Positions 1 to 8,475 of a DNA stretch of 64,000 nucleotides are shown in pieces. Each line of letters opens with the position of its first letter. Position 1 is the first letter of the stretch. The notes under the pieces are model-generated. The model worked only from the letters and a program-made list of their open reading frames with translations, made no database searches and had not been told where the DNA came from. The position numbers were made by a program, and so were the translations under genes. Source of the stretch: Myxococcales bacterium (GTDB lineage Bacteria; Myxococcota_A; UBA9160; UBA4427); assembly GCA_012959805.1 (NCBI GenBank), contig DUCN01000098.1, forward strand, positions 69,646-133,645. The letters run 5' to 3'.

Positions 1-71
1 ATCACATCGAAAAGTTGGTCGATATCGCCCGCGTAGGTCGATGCGGCCGGGATCAAGGAGTTGATTATCAT
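1..71 (-). CDS. cytochrome c oxidase subunit II, N-terminal fragment (gene runs off the left edge)
   Basis: An ATG at 69-71 (minus) opens MIINSLIPAASTYAGDIDQLFDV. This resembles the AST.A..ID.L(F/Y) segment that precedes TM1 of bacterial CoxB/CtaC. It lies downstream of a c-type cytochrome gene. Only 23 codons are visible. Confidence 0.3.
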   Translation of the reverse strand, partial: MIINSLIPAASTYAGDIDQLFDV

Positions 72-92
72 GTATTTCCCTACCTGCTTCGG

Positions 93-218
93 CTAGATAA
101 TGAAGATGAAGACGACGGCGATGAAGCCAAGAATGCCGGCCATCACAATCGCGAATAGACGGTTGCCTAGGTCCTCGGCGGACGGCGGCTCGGGTTCGAC
201 GTGTTCGGGGTCGGACAT
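93..218 (-). CDS. 41-aa single-pass membrane peptide (below the ORF-track cutoff)
   Basis: Read by hand: ATG at 216-218, TAG at 93-95, translating to MSDPEHVEPEPPSAEDLGNRLFAIVMAGILGFIAVVFIFII. It has an acidic N-terminus followed by one hydrophobic helix. It is wedged between the cytochrome c gene and the putative coxB start. Confidence 0.3.
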   Translation of the reverse strand: MSDPEHVEPEPPSAEDLGNRLFAIVMAGILGFIAVVFIFII

Positions 219-336
219 TTCATTTGCTCCATCCGGCTGAGTCTCTGAACCCGCTCAATTTGAGTGGACTTCAAACGCCGGAGATGATTAGAGGGCCTAT
301 AGCCATTAACGGAGGTTAGAAAGAAGTACCGCTGAC

Positions 337-1008
337 CTATTTCTCGAGAGATTGGATATGGGCGATGACGTCTCGAATCGCATCGTCGTTCGGCAAGGTT
401 GCAACCATGCCGATCATTGCTGGACCGTAGACATCGCCAACCGCACTTCCACGAACCTTCGTTTTGTATTTCTGAATCGACGAGAAGAGATACCAGTCAC
501 TCATCCCAACGAGCGGCGGGGCGCTCATCGCCTTGTTCCCCGTGCCGTCCGCAGCATGACACGCACCACAGACCGCGTAATAACCCACGCCCTTCGTCGC
601 ATCGCCGGGATGCGCAATCTCGCGCTTGGTGGCAACCGCAGGCATGCTTTCGATGTATCCGGCGAGCGCCTTCTGATCGGCTTCGTCCCGGATCCACAGC
701 GACATCGGGTACATCCGCAGACCACCTCGATCTTCCGCGTGAAGGCCACGAATTCCGCTCTTGAAATTCTTCAGCTGGTTCTCGACATACCACGCGGGCA
801 GACCCGCAATCGCCGGGGCGAGAAAGGAGCTATCGCCGCCGCCGTTTGCCGAATGACACTGCGTGCAGAGGGCAAAGAGTTTTTGACCCCGTGCGAGATC
901 TGCTGCGCCGTCTTCGGCTACGGCGGGACTCGGAAATCCGATCGACATGAAAACGAGAAGAGCCATCGTGGCAAACGTGATGAGCGTCGTAGTTGGTTTG
1001 GCGGACAA
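337..1008 (-). CDS. dihaem c-type cytochrome (c4-like), secreted
   Basis: Two CxxCH motifs (CTQCH, CGACH), each in a roughly 100-aa repeat. An N-terminal signal-like hydrophobic segment ends in AVAED. Confidence 0.85.
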   Translation of the reverse strand: MSAKPTTTLITFATMALLVFMSIGFPSPAVAEDGAADLARGQKLFALCTQCHSANGGGDSSFLAPAIAGLPAWYVENQLKNFKSGIRGLHAEDRGGLRMYPMSLWIRDEADQKALAGYIESMPAVATKREIAHPGDATKGVGYYAVCGACHAADGTGNKAMSAPPLVGMSDWYLFSSIQKYKTKVRGSAVGDVYGPAMIGMVATLPNDDAIRDVIAHIQSLEK

Positions 1009-1513
1009 GATCGTTCCTTTTCTTACTGACTACTTCTCTGTTCTTTTACTGCTTCGATTCCGCACACCGACCGTCCGGAGACAAACCATCGGAGAACGCT
1101 TCTAGAGCTCACATCCGACAGCTGACGGAACCGCTCGCGAGGTAGCCCATCGATCTCCAATACGTCAAGCCCGACGCTGCTTTTCAGCTCCGTCGTTCAT
1201 GTCCCGTGTCCCCATCGACCAACCGAATCGGCGAATGACGCGCTCACCTCGAAAAGACGCGATCGGTATTCTCAAACTTATTCGTGATCGATCCTACGTA
1301 GGCGACGTGCAGATGTGGCAGTCCAAATCCTCACGCACGTAATCACTCGATTCACGCAAAAACCGGGGTGATTCATCGAAACCTTGCCGGCCATTGACCC
1401 GACATCGAACCCGATTTCGGTTCAGACGACGACGGATCCCCATCGAAATCAACAGCCCGCACAAACCCCGGACCTGTGCGGGCACAAGCATAGCGGCGCG
1501 ATCGGTGCGGCGG

Positions 1514-1538
1514 TGAAAATTCGCCTCGAAAGAGGCGA
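1514..1538 (-). terminator. candidate rho-independent terminator after the DUF420 gene
   Basis: On the minus strand: TCGCCTC-TTTC-GAGGCGA (7-bp perfect stem) followed by ATTTTC. It lies about 60 nt past the stop at 1599. The T-tract is short. Confidence 0.4.
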
Positions 1539-1598
1539 GTGCGCCGCAACGATTCGCTGCACAATTCCGACAGCGACCCAATTGCGATTGAGTCTGGC

Positions 1599-2045
1599 CT
1601 ACAGGGCGGGCGGATTGAATGGATAGAGCAGCAAGTAGATCAAAACCCCGGTCACGGAAACATACATCCAGATCGGCCAGCCGATTCGCGCGAGTCGCCG
1701 ATGCCGCGGCCGGTCGTCTTTCAACCCGTACCGTATGAGGGCGATCGCGATGAGGGGAACCGTCATGGCGAGTAGAATGTGGGATGCAAGCAACACCAGA
1801 TACGCGGTCTTGGCCCATCCCTCGACATTGAAAGTCGTATTCTCGAAATTACGCGAGACTTTATGACTCACATATAGAAGAAGGAAGAGACTCGACACCG
1901 CGAAGGCAGCCATCATCACAATCCGATGGCGAACCACGTCTCCGCTCTGAATCAGTCGTCGGCCTACGATGAGCAATGCAGTCGCCGTGGCATTGAGCGC
2001 AGCATTGATCGGGGGTAGCTGAGAAAAGTCCATGAGGGGCGCCAC
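1599..2045 (-). CDS. DUF420 family membrane protein (CtaM-like, oxidase-associated)
   Basis: 148 aa with 4 predicted TM helices. The N-terminus PPINAALNATATALL and the HR..M...F motifs are typical of DUF420. The neighbourhood contains cytochrome/oxidase genes. Confidence 0.8.
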   Translation of the reverse strand: MAPLMDFSQLPPINAALNATATALLIVGRRLIQSGDVVRHRIVMMAAFAVSSLFLLLYVSHKVSRNFENTTFNVEGWAKTAYLVLLASHILLAMTVPLIAIALIRYGLKDDRPRHRRLARIGWPIWMYVSVTGVLIYLLLYPFNPPAL

Positions 2046-2140
2046 CTTAGCAGTCTCTCACCTCGCTGCGCGGCCCGGCGATATCCCACATCACGCATTG
2101 CCCGGCCCCACGCCTGGCTCTCTCTCAATCGAGCCTCTGC

Positions 2141-3178
2141 CTATAAATAAGTCAGAGCCCGCTTGAAGAGTCCCACGGTCGCAGAGTGAAGCAGGTCCCC
2201 GGTCTGCCGATCGGCCCGGCCAGCACACGCTCGTGCATGGGTGCCCTCGAGAATGATGCCCAGCCGATAGCACGCGAGAACGACATACCAATTGATGGCG
2301 CTGAGGTCGCGCCTGGAATTCTCTCCGTACCGCGCCACGAGTTCCTGGCCCGTCGGCAGACCGCCAAGCTGGCCCAGCGTGTTTCCGAGAGGAGTTTTCC
2401 CCTCGGCATCGGGCCAACTCGCGAGGAGTGCCCCGAGGTCGAGCAAGGGATCTCCCACCGTCGCCAACTCCCAATCCACGATCGCCGCCAGCTCCGGTCC
2501 ATCGAAGGAAAACATCACGTTCGCGATGTGATAGTCACCGTGCAGGATGCCGGGCTGGAACCCTGTTGGGCGATTGGCTTCGAGCCAGGTTGCGATTCGA
2601 TCGACGCCGGGAATCTCCGGCCCCGGGTAGCCCTCCATGTCGCCATAAGTCTCTAGCTGATGCTGCCAGCGTGAAACCTGACGCTCGAGGAAGCCCTCGG
2701 GACGCCCAAATCCCTCGAGCCCCACCGCCAGATAGTCGACGGCCGCAAGCGCTGAAATGCCATCCGCCATCGCGAGGCCCATGCCATGCCTAATGTCGGG
2801 ATCCCCTTCATGCCGTTCCGGTAAGCCCGCCGTGGCATTGAAACCATCGATGGGCTCCATCAAATAGAAAGCCGCGCCTAACAGGGACTCATCACCACAT
2901 GCCGCGATCAGCTCGGGATGCGGAACACGCGTTCCCTTGAGTGCGCCGAGTACCCGGGCCTCGCGACGCATCGTCTCGTCGCTATTGGCTCTCTTGTGAA
3001 TGGGCGGACGGCGCAGAACATAGTGGCGCCCGCCCCGCTCGAAGCGGAGCAAGACATTCTGCGTTCCCCCAAGCAGGCGATCGACGACACCAATCTCCCC
3101 AGGTGGAAGCGATTGATCGTTCATCCACTCGTTCAAGATCACCAGATCGACCCCAAGGGTCTCGTCTTGTTGGATCAC
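2141..3178 (-). CDS. phosphotransferase (APH/ChoK-like kinase) family protein
   Basis: Contains ILHGDYHIANVMF (catalytic HGD.H..N) and VDWELATVGDPLLDLG (D.E motif). GTG start overlaps the upstream stop (GTGA). Confidence 0.85.
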   Translation of the reverse strand: MIQQDETLGVDLVILNEWMNDQSLPPGEIGVVDRLLGGTQNVLLRFERGGRHYVLRRPPIHKRANSDETMRREARVLGALKGTRVPHPELIAACGDESLLGAAFYLMEPIDGFNATAGLPERHEGDPDIRHGMGLAMADGISALAAVDYLAVGLEGFGRPEGFLERQVSRWQHQLETYGDMEGYPGPEIPGVDRIATWLEANRPTGFQPGILHGDYHIANVMFSFDGPELAAIVDWELATVGDPLLDLGALLASWPDAEGKTPLGNTLGQLGGLPTGQELVARYGENSRRDLSAINWYVVLACYRLGIILEGTHARACAGRADRQTGDLLHSATVGLFKRALTYL

Positions 3179-3492
3179 CGCTCTGAATTCCCTTCCTCTT
3201 CGCCTTCGTCTTCAACGTCATGCAATTGTCGCCGATCGAGTTCGAGCCCGCGATACCCCGCACGAAAGCCAGCACGACAGAAGGCATCGGCCAGAGGAGA
3301 CGAACGCGCCTTCTCGCCGTCGATCTCTTCGATTTGAAGTCGTTTGAGAGCCATTCGCCGCACGGCTTTGACAAGGCTGCGCAGCGCGCGTTCGAGCTGT
3401 GAGGCTCCAGCCGCAGTCGTCTCGTCGCAAAAACTCAGAACTCTCGCACCGCCACCGTCGACGAAGAGACATAACCGTCCATCCACCAGCAC
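3175..3492 (-). CDS. short ORF resembling only the extreme C-terminus of Lhr-type helicases (likely relic, possibly still expressed)
   Basis: VLVDGRLCLFVDGGGARVLSF ... LKRLQIEEIDGEKARSSPLADAFCRAGFRAGYRGLEL matches my memory of the last ~95 aa of Lhr C-terminal domains. No helicase core lies upstream. 4-nt overlap with the next gene. Confidence 0.4.
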   Translation of the reverse strand: MLVDGRLCLFVDGGGARVLSFCDETTAAGASQLERALRSLVKAVRRMALKRLQIEEIDGEKARSSPLADAFCRAGFRAGYRGLELDRRQLHDVEDEGEEEGNSER

Positions 3493-3507
3493 GACGCTCG
3501 CCCCTGC

Positions 3508-3637
3508 CTACGCCGGTGCGTGACTAACTGCTTCGACATTATTGCCATCCGGATCCAACTCGAAGCCGCCGTAGTAGTCGATGTGATAGATCTAGCGTTG
3601 GAAAATCCGTCGTATAGCTGCTGAGGTGGCCGATCAT
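3508..3637 (-). pseudogene. VOC/glyoxalase-family gene relic (core deleted, frameshifted)
   Basis: MIGHLSSYTTDFP (a VOC-type N-terminus) in one frame. After a frame change comes YHIDYYGGFELDPDGNNVEAVSHAPA* (a classic VOC C-terminus). 130 nt in total, versus about 380 nt expected. Confidence 0.45.
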
Positions 3638-3903
3638 GGCAGATGCCTCCTGGTCTCGGTGAAGTCCTGACTGGAAAGAATACCGAGCCTCAACGCATTT
3701 GCTCCTCTGAGATCGTCGCAGACTCGCCAATGCGCGATGCGATACGCTTCCCGTGGAATCTCCCTGGGGGTCGACATTGTGGAAGCTCGAGTGGCGAGTG
3801 TTCATCGAAGTCTCGTCCACGAGTTCTCGAAGGCTCTCGCTCCATCGATTCGCCTCCTGGTCGGCCTCGGCGCCGAAGGCGATGCGAGCCGGAGAATGAA
3901 TTG

Positions 3904-4527
3904 ATGAACTCGACAACCGAAGCGCGGCTCGTGCGGGCAACCGAATTGGCCTGGCGCTGGCATGGTGATCAGACTCGGAAGGGCAAGTCGACTTGTTATG
4001 TGAGCCACTTACTCCAGGTCCAGGGGCTCGTACTCGACAATGAAGGGGACGACGATTCAGCCATTGCCGCGCTGCTCCACGATGGTCTCGAAGACTCAGA
4101 CAACCCAGAAGAACGATCGGCCCGCGAATCGACGATTCAAACGGACTTCGGTTCAGCCGTGCTTCGGATCGTGCTCGATTGTACGGATACCCTGGCGAGC
4201 GAGGCGGGCACGAGCAAGGGTCCGTGGCGTGAGCGTAAGGAGCGCTACCTCGAACAGCTTGCCTGCGCGGGGGCGGCCAGCCATCTCGTCGCCGCCTGCG
4301 ACAAACGACATAACCTCGGGGATCTCATCTCGGACTTGCGTCATGAAGGCACCGGAACCCTTGATCGCTTCAATGCCAGCGGCCTCGATCAGATCTGGTA
4401 TTTCGATTCGGTCGTGCAGGCCTGTCGCGAGTCAATTCCGGTCCGACTCGCCAGCGAACTCGATACCCTGCTGGATGAGCTTCGAGATTTCGTTGATCGC
4501 GATCGCTCCACCGAACGCCACAGTTAA
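3904..4527 (+). CDS. HD-domain phosphohydrolase (RelA/SpoT-hydrolase-like)
   Basis: WHGDQTRKG ... YVSHLLQV ... AALLHDGLEDS is the HD/(p)ppGpp-hydrolase pattern. I chose the ATG at 3904; the 3643 start in the ORF track adds an Arg/Pro-rich non-protein-like leader. Confidence 0.8.
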   Translation: MNSTTEARLVRATELAWRWHGDQTRKGKSTCYVSHLLQVQGLVLDNEGDDDSAIAALLHDGLEDSDNPEERSARESTIQTDFGSAVLRIVLDCTDTLASEAGTSKGPWRERKERYLEQLACAGAASHLVAACDKRHNLGDLISDLRHEGTGTLDRFNASGLDQIWYFDSVVQACRESIPVRLASELDTLLDELRDFVDRDRSTERHS

Positions 4528-4985
4528 CAGAGATGCAATCGTCGCGTACTTGTTCATCCTCATGTCTTCAATTCACGCCACCTCTACGACCCCAGCCACG
4601 GTCATGGCCACGAGTACGGTCCTGTCCGCGACCATCCGTAGTCGATCTGCGGGCGATGCCACCGATCTTGCGTGCTGTGAATGGTTTGTGCGGATTCATG
4701 GTGTCGTTGGTTGCACCGCTTGGACGAAGCCGATGATTGCCCAAATGGGTGGAACGAGCTTACCCTTCGAGGACTAGCAGACAGACTGTCAGCAACCCGA
4801 AGCCCTCTTCCGCGCCGCCGGGTGATGCTGCCGAAATTTATGGCGACGGAGCTCGACGACGGAGCTGAGGAAATCGGCGGCGTTGCTCTGGATTGGATTG
4901 CCGCGAGCTATGGCTATCCCTTGATCTTCCAACTCGCTTCGGGCGCCCTGGTCGTGGCAGGCCTATTGATTGCCAATGCACCCAG

Positions 4986-6542
4986 TCATGATTCGACGCG
5001 TCGGAGATGATTCGCTCCAGAAAGCGTTTCCAGAGTGGCGCCAACATGGGTCGCCACCTTGCGTTCGAGAATCGTATCGACGAAAACGAACTCCGCACGG
5101 GCACGCTCGGGAGTCAGATCAAGAATGACAAACCCCTTCTCCACGACATCCTTGTATTTAAGATGCGGACTTCGCGCTTCGATTCCGTCCAGCATCTTCT
5201 TGGCTCGAGGCGAACTCAACGAATTTCCGGCGGCGACAGCGGGGGTCACGAATTCCACTGCATGGGACCCCTCTCCGGTTTCCGGATCGTAGGCGCGTCC
5301 CGAAGCCAGAGGTGGCGGAACGTCATAGGCCCAAGAGCTGTGCACATCACCGGTCAGAAAGACGACGTTGTCGATGGACTCGCCGCGGAGATGATCGAGG
5401 ACCTGAGTGCGATTCTCGCGATACCCGTCCCAACTATCCGAGTTGAACCCCGCGACTCCGTCGGTCCAGGGAGAGAAAACCACCTGCTGGCCAAGGATGC
5501 GCCAGCGGGTTCCCCGCGAATCGGACTCGGAAAGAAAATCCAATAGCCATTTAGTCTGATCCTTTCCGAGAAGGGATCTCGATGGATCAAGGGCCGCCGC
5601 ATGATCACCTCGCGGCGCGGGATCGTCGCGGCCGTGCAACCGCGTATCGAGCATCACGAGGTCCGCGAGCGTTCCGAACCGAAAGCTCCGAAAGAGCTGC
5701 GTCGGCAATTCTCGAATCGGCATCCATTCGTAGTAGGCGCGAATCGCAGAAAGCTTCCGGGTCTGCCACTGCCCTTCGCTCGCATCATGATTCGCCGCGC
5801 CATCTCGACCGGAATTGTCCGCCGTCTCATGGTCATCCCAGACTGTGATCCAGGGATGGCGTGCATGGGCCGCCTGTAAGTCCGGATCGTCCTTGTAGTG
5901 GGCATGTCTACGTCGGTAGTCCTCGAGATTGATGATCTCATGAGCCGGTTCCATAATCCGACCCAAAGCCGTGCCGTCGCCATACTCGCCATTGCCGTAT
6001 TCATAGATGTAGTCGCCTAGGTGAAGAACGACATCGATATCGTCACGAGTCGCGATCGCTGCATAGGCATTGAAGAATCCGCTGGGAAAATTCGCGCAGG
6101 AAGTAAACGCGATACGCACTTGCTGAACCGACTCGACGGGCAGCGTTCGCGTTCGACCCACGGCAGAGTCGAAGCCTCGAGCCTTGAACCCGAAATAGTA
6201 TTCGCTACCGGGCTGGAGTCCCTCAGCATCGATCTTGATGGTAAAATCGTGATCCGAGGTGGCCTCGGTTTTGCCCGCGGCGACAACATCCGATCCGTCC
6301 TGATCGTGCGCAATCCACCACCGCGTCGGAACCGTCTGCGTAAGTCGATCTTCCTCGGGAGAGACGCGCGTCCATAGAATCACTCGATCCGTGAGCGGAT
6401 CACCGCTCGCGACACCATGCTGAAACGGATCCTTCCCCGACGAAACACCGACGGCACCTGGATGTTTTGCGCAAGCCGAGAGGCCAGCGCCCACGAAGGC
6501 CGTTTGGATTACGCTCGCGCGCAGAAATCCCCGTCGATTCAT
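4986..6542 (-). CDS. phoD: alkaline phosphatase D family (PhoD), Tat-exported
   Basis: Twin-arginine signal MNRRGFLRAS...C. VASGDP PhoD N-domain and a metallophosphatase core (LHLGDYIYE, WDDHE). Confidence 0.9.
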   Translation of the reverse strand: MNRRGFLRASVIQTAFVGAGLSACAKHPGAVGVSSGKDPFQHGVASGDPLTDRVILWTRVSPEEDRLTQTVPTRWWIAHDQDGSDVVAAGKTEATSDHDFTIKIDAEGLQPGSEYYFGFKARGFDSAVGRTRTLPVESVQQVRIAFTSCANFPSGFFNAYAAIATRDDIDVVLHLGDYIYEYGNGEYGDGTALGRIMEPAHEIINLEDYRRRHAHYKDDPDLQAAHARHPWITVWDDHETADNSGRDGAANHDASEGQWQTRKLSAIRAYYEWMPIRELPTQLFRSFRFGTLADLVMLDTRLHGRDDPAPRGDHAAALDPSRSLLGKDQTKWLLDFLSESDSRGTRWRILGQQVVFSPWTDGVAGFNSDSWDGYRENRTQVLDHLRGESIDNVVFLTGDVHSSWAYDVPPPLASGRAYDPETGEGSHAVEFVTPAVAAGNSLSSPRAKKMLDGIEARSPHLKYKDVVEKGFVILDLTPERARAEFVFVDTILERKVATHVGATLETLSGANHLRRVES

Positions 6543-6622
6543 CACCATATGAATTTGGTCCCCGAGCCTGCGCAATCATCCGCGAAGCGCCAGTTTGTCA
6601 AAACCGGAAGGCTGTCGATCGG

Positions 6623-7936
6623 CTATGCCAGTGGTCGAAGCTCATAACGAATCGGCAATCGCTTCACTCCGCCCACCAGACCCGAATGCAATCGGTCGAC
6701 GGGCCCCGCCAGCTCGATCTCCGTGATTCGTGGCAAGAGATATTTGTACGCCACCTTCATTTCTAGCCGCGCGAGATGCGCCCCCAGACAAAAATGTTCG
6801 CCGACCCCGAATCCCAAATGCCGATTCGGCATCCGATCGATCTGAAACTCGAACGGGTTCTCGAAGACCTCTTCATCCCGATTCGCCGAGGGGTAGAAGA
6901 GTGCGACCGAATCACCCTCTCGTATCAATTTGTCCCTGAGTTGAAAATCACTGGTCGCGGTTCGCGCAAAATGGATGATCGGCGTCGACCATCGAACGAC
7001 TTCCTCGATCGCCGAGTCGAGCATGCTCATATCCGCCTGCAAGCGGCGAAGCTCCGACATGTGCTCGATGAACGCCAGCATGCCCCCGGTGGTGCCGTTC
7101 CTCGTCGTTTCATTGCCCGCGATCACGATGATGAAACACCACGAAAGGACTTCCATATCGGTCAGAGGGCGCCCCTCGTACTCGGACTGTATAAAGACGC
7201 TAACGAGATCATCCTGTGGATTCTTTCGACGCTCCTCGATCATCTTGCTGAAATATCCGAAGAGTTCCATCTGGGCCTGTGTCGCAGTTTCGCGAGCCGT
7301 CTGCCCTTCGATCTGGTAGTCGGGATCACCCGCCCCAATCGTTCGATTCGTCCAATCGAATAACATCTTCCAATCAGACTCGGGAACGCCCAGAAGCCAC
7401 GCGATCACAGCGATCGGAAGCGGTGCCGAAACTTCTTCGACGAAATCGCACTCCCCCACGTCGCCTTGTTCATAAAGTTTCTCTACGATCTCGCGGCCGA
7501 TCCGCTCGATCGGCTCATGGATTCGTTCGAGCATCCTAGGCGTGAATCGTCGGCTGATCTGTTGTCTGAAATCGCCGTGAATCGGCGGGTCCATTTGAAT
7601 CAGCGTCGGCGGAAAGCCGCTGATCTCTTCCTCCAGGGATTGGATGACGATGCGCGGCCCGGAAATAAAGAGGTCGGGACGTTTACTGATGAGCGTGATG
7701 TCTGCGTGTTTGGTCACCGCCCAATAGTCCGTCGCGTTTCCGGGTTGAATCTGCCAAGACACGGGTTCCTCTGCTCGAAGGCGCGTCCAGATCGGATGCG
7801 GGTAACCGTGGGCGGCGTAGTCCTCGGGATGAACGAGACCGAAGTCTTCGGGGAAGTCGGCGGGCTTTAGATCGGGGCTTGCTGCCATGGTCGGGGTACT
7901 CCAGTGGGCTCTTGATATTGGCTGGCCGAGATCCAT
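6623..7936 (-). CDS. cytochrome P450
   Basis: Haem-thiolate loop FGVGEHFCLGAHLA, I-helix AGNETT and an ExxR (EEVVRW). The start may instead be the internal Met at 7888. Confidence 0.9.
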   Translation of the reverse strand: MDLGQPISRAHWSTPTMAASPDLKPADFPEDFGLVHPEDYAAHGYPHPIWTRLRAEEPVSWQIQPGNATDYWAVTKHADITLISKRPDLFISGPRIVIQSLEEEISGFPPTLIQMDPPIHGDFRQQISRRFTPRMLERIHEPIERIGREIVEKLYEQGDVGECDFVEEVSAPLPIAVIAWLLGVPESDWKMLFDWTNRTIGAGDPDYQIEGQTARETATQAQMELFGYFSKMIEERRKNPQDDLVSVFIQSEYEGRPLTDMEVLSWCFIIVIAGNETTRNGTTGGMLAFIEHMSELRRLQADMSMLDSAIEEVVRWSTPIIHFARTATSDFQLRDKLIREGDSVALFYPSANRDEEVFENPFEFQIDRMPNRHLGFGVGEHFCLGAHLARLEMKVAYKYLLPRITEIELAGPVDRLHSGLVGGVKRLPIRYELRPLA

Positions 7937-8211
7937 CGGCTGCCATTACGGAGATCGGTCAGGAAGCGATCACCACCGTGATTAATCGATGCGGATCACT
8001 GAATCACCAAGACTGGCACAGAATGAACATTCTTTCGCCTACTTGTTCTATTTGAGAGATTGTCCACTGGACTCCTCGAACTGGCTTCGAAACACGACAG
8101 AAAGGGAATAGCCTTGACGAGGTCCCCAATCGATAACGACCCAACGCCACCACTCAATTCGGAGTTGAACGAACGGCACGACAACCGAGTCGTTGCCTGG
8201 CAGCGATCCTG

Positions 8212-8469
8212 GTGATTATTGGCGTGGTGGTTCTAGCGGGATGTGAAGACGAAGACTCAATGCATCCGATCCAGAATCTATGCGCAGCGATTGAACGTGA
8301 GGACCCGGGACGACTAAAGACCATCATGGTGCCGCTGGGCCAGGACATGGACGAGGTCTCGCGCGGACTCTGGCTGGAAGATCTTGCCGCTCCGACCACC
8401 GCGAGGCATTACGTTAGTTTGATCGATCTTCGGTGGCTGCTCTCGATCAGCGTTTCCGCCGCCGAGTAA
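8212..8469 (+). CDS. possible small lipoprotein (start uncertain)
   Basis: Lipobox-like VVVLAGC-EDED near the N-terminus. The in-frame hydrophobic leader extends upstream of the GTG with no canonical ATG. No recognisable family. Confidence 0.3.
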   Translation: MIIGVVVLAGCEDEDSMHPIQNLCAAIEREDPGRLKTIMVPLGQDMDEVSRGLWLEDLAAPTTARHYVSLIDLRWLLSISVSAAE

Positions 8470-8475
8470 TCGAGT

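Noticed and set aside
352-1029. Long ORFs antisense to, or out of frame with, recognised genes. Examples: 352-1029(+), 10012-10671(-), 11355-12056(-), 23522-24175(+), 23895-24653(-), 27603-28421(-), 36677-37300(+), 37515-38789(+), 39467-40279(+), 42146-42739(+), 45435-46211(-), 57706-58572(-), 61663-62484(+).
   Set aside because: Their translations are Arg/Pro/Ser/Gly-rich with no motifs. Each fully overlaps a gene with clear family signatures. Such shadow ORFs are expected in GC-rich DNA.
4840-5010. A 56-codon ORF (MATELDDGAEEIGGVALDWIAASYGYPLIFQLASGALVVAGLLIANAP..) in the gap between the HD-domain gene and phoD.
   Set aside because: It has one hydrophobic helix but no ribosome-binding site or homology that I can see. 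It overlaps the convergent 3' end of phoD, so there is too little evidence to call it.
7955-8010. A short inverted repeat (GATCAC-CACC-GTGATT) upstream of the P450 gene as a TetR-type operator.
   Set aside because: The match is only 5/6 bp, no TetR-family regulator is adjacent, and such a repeat is easily produced by chance.
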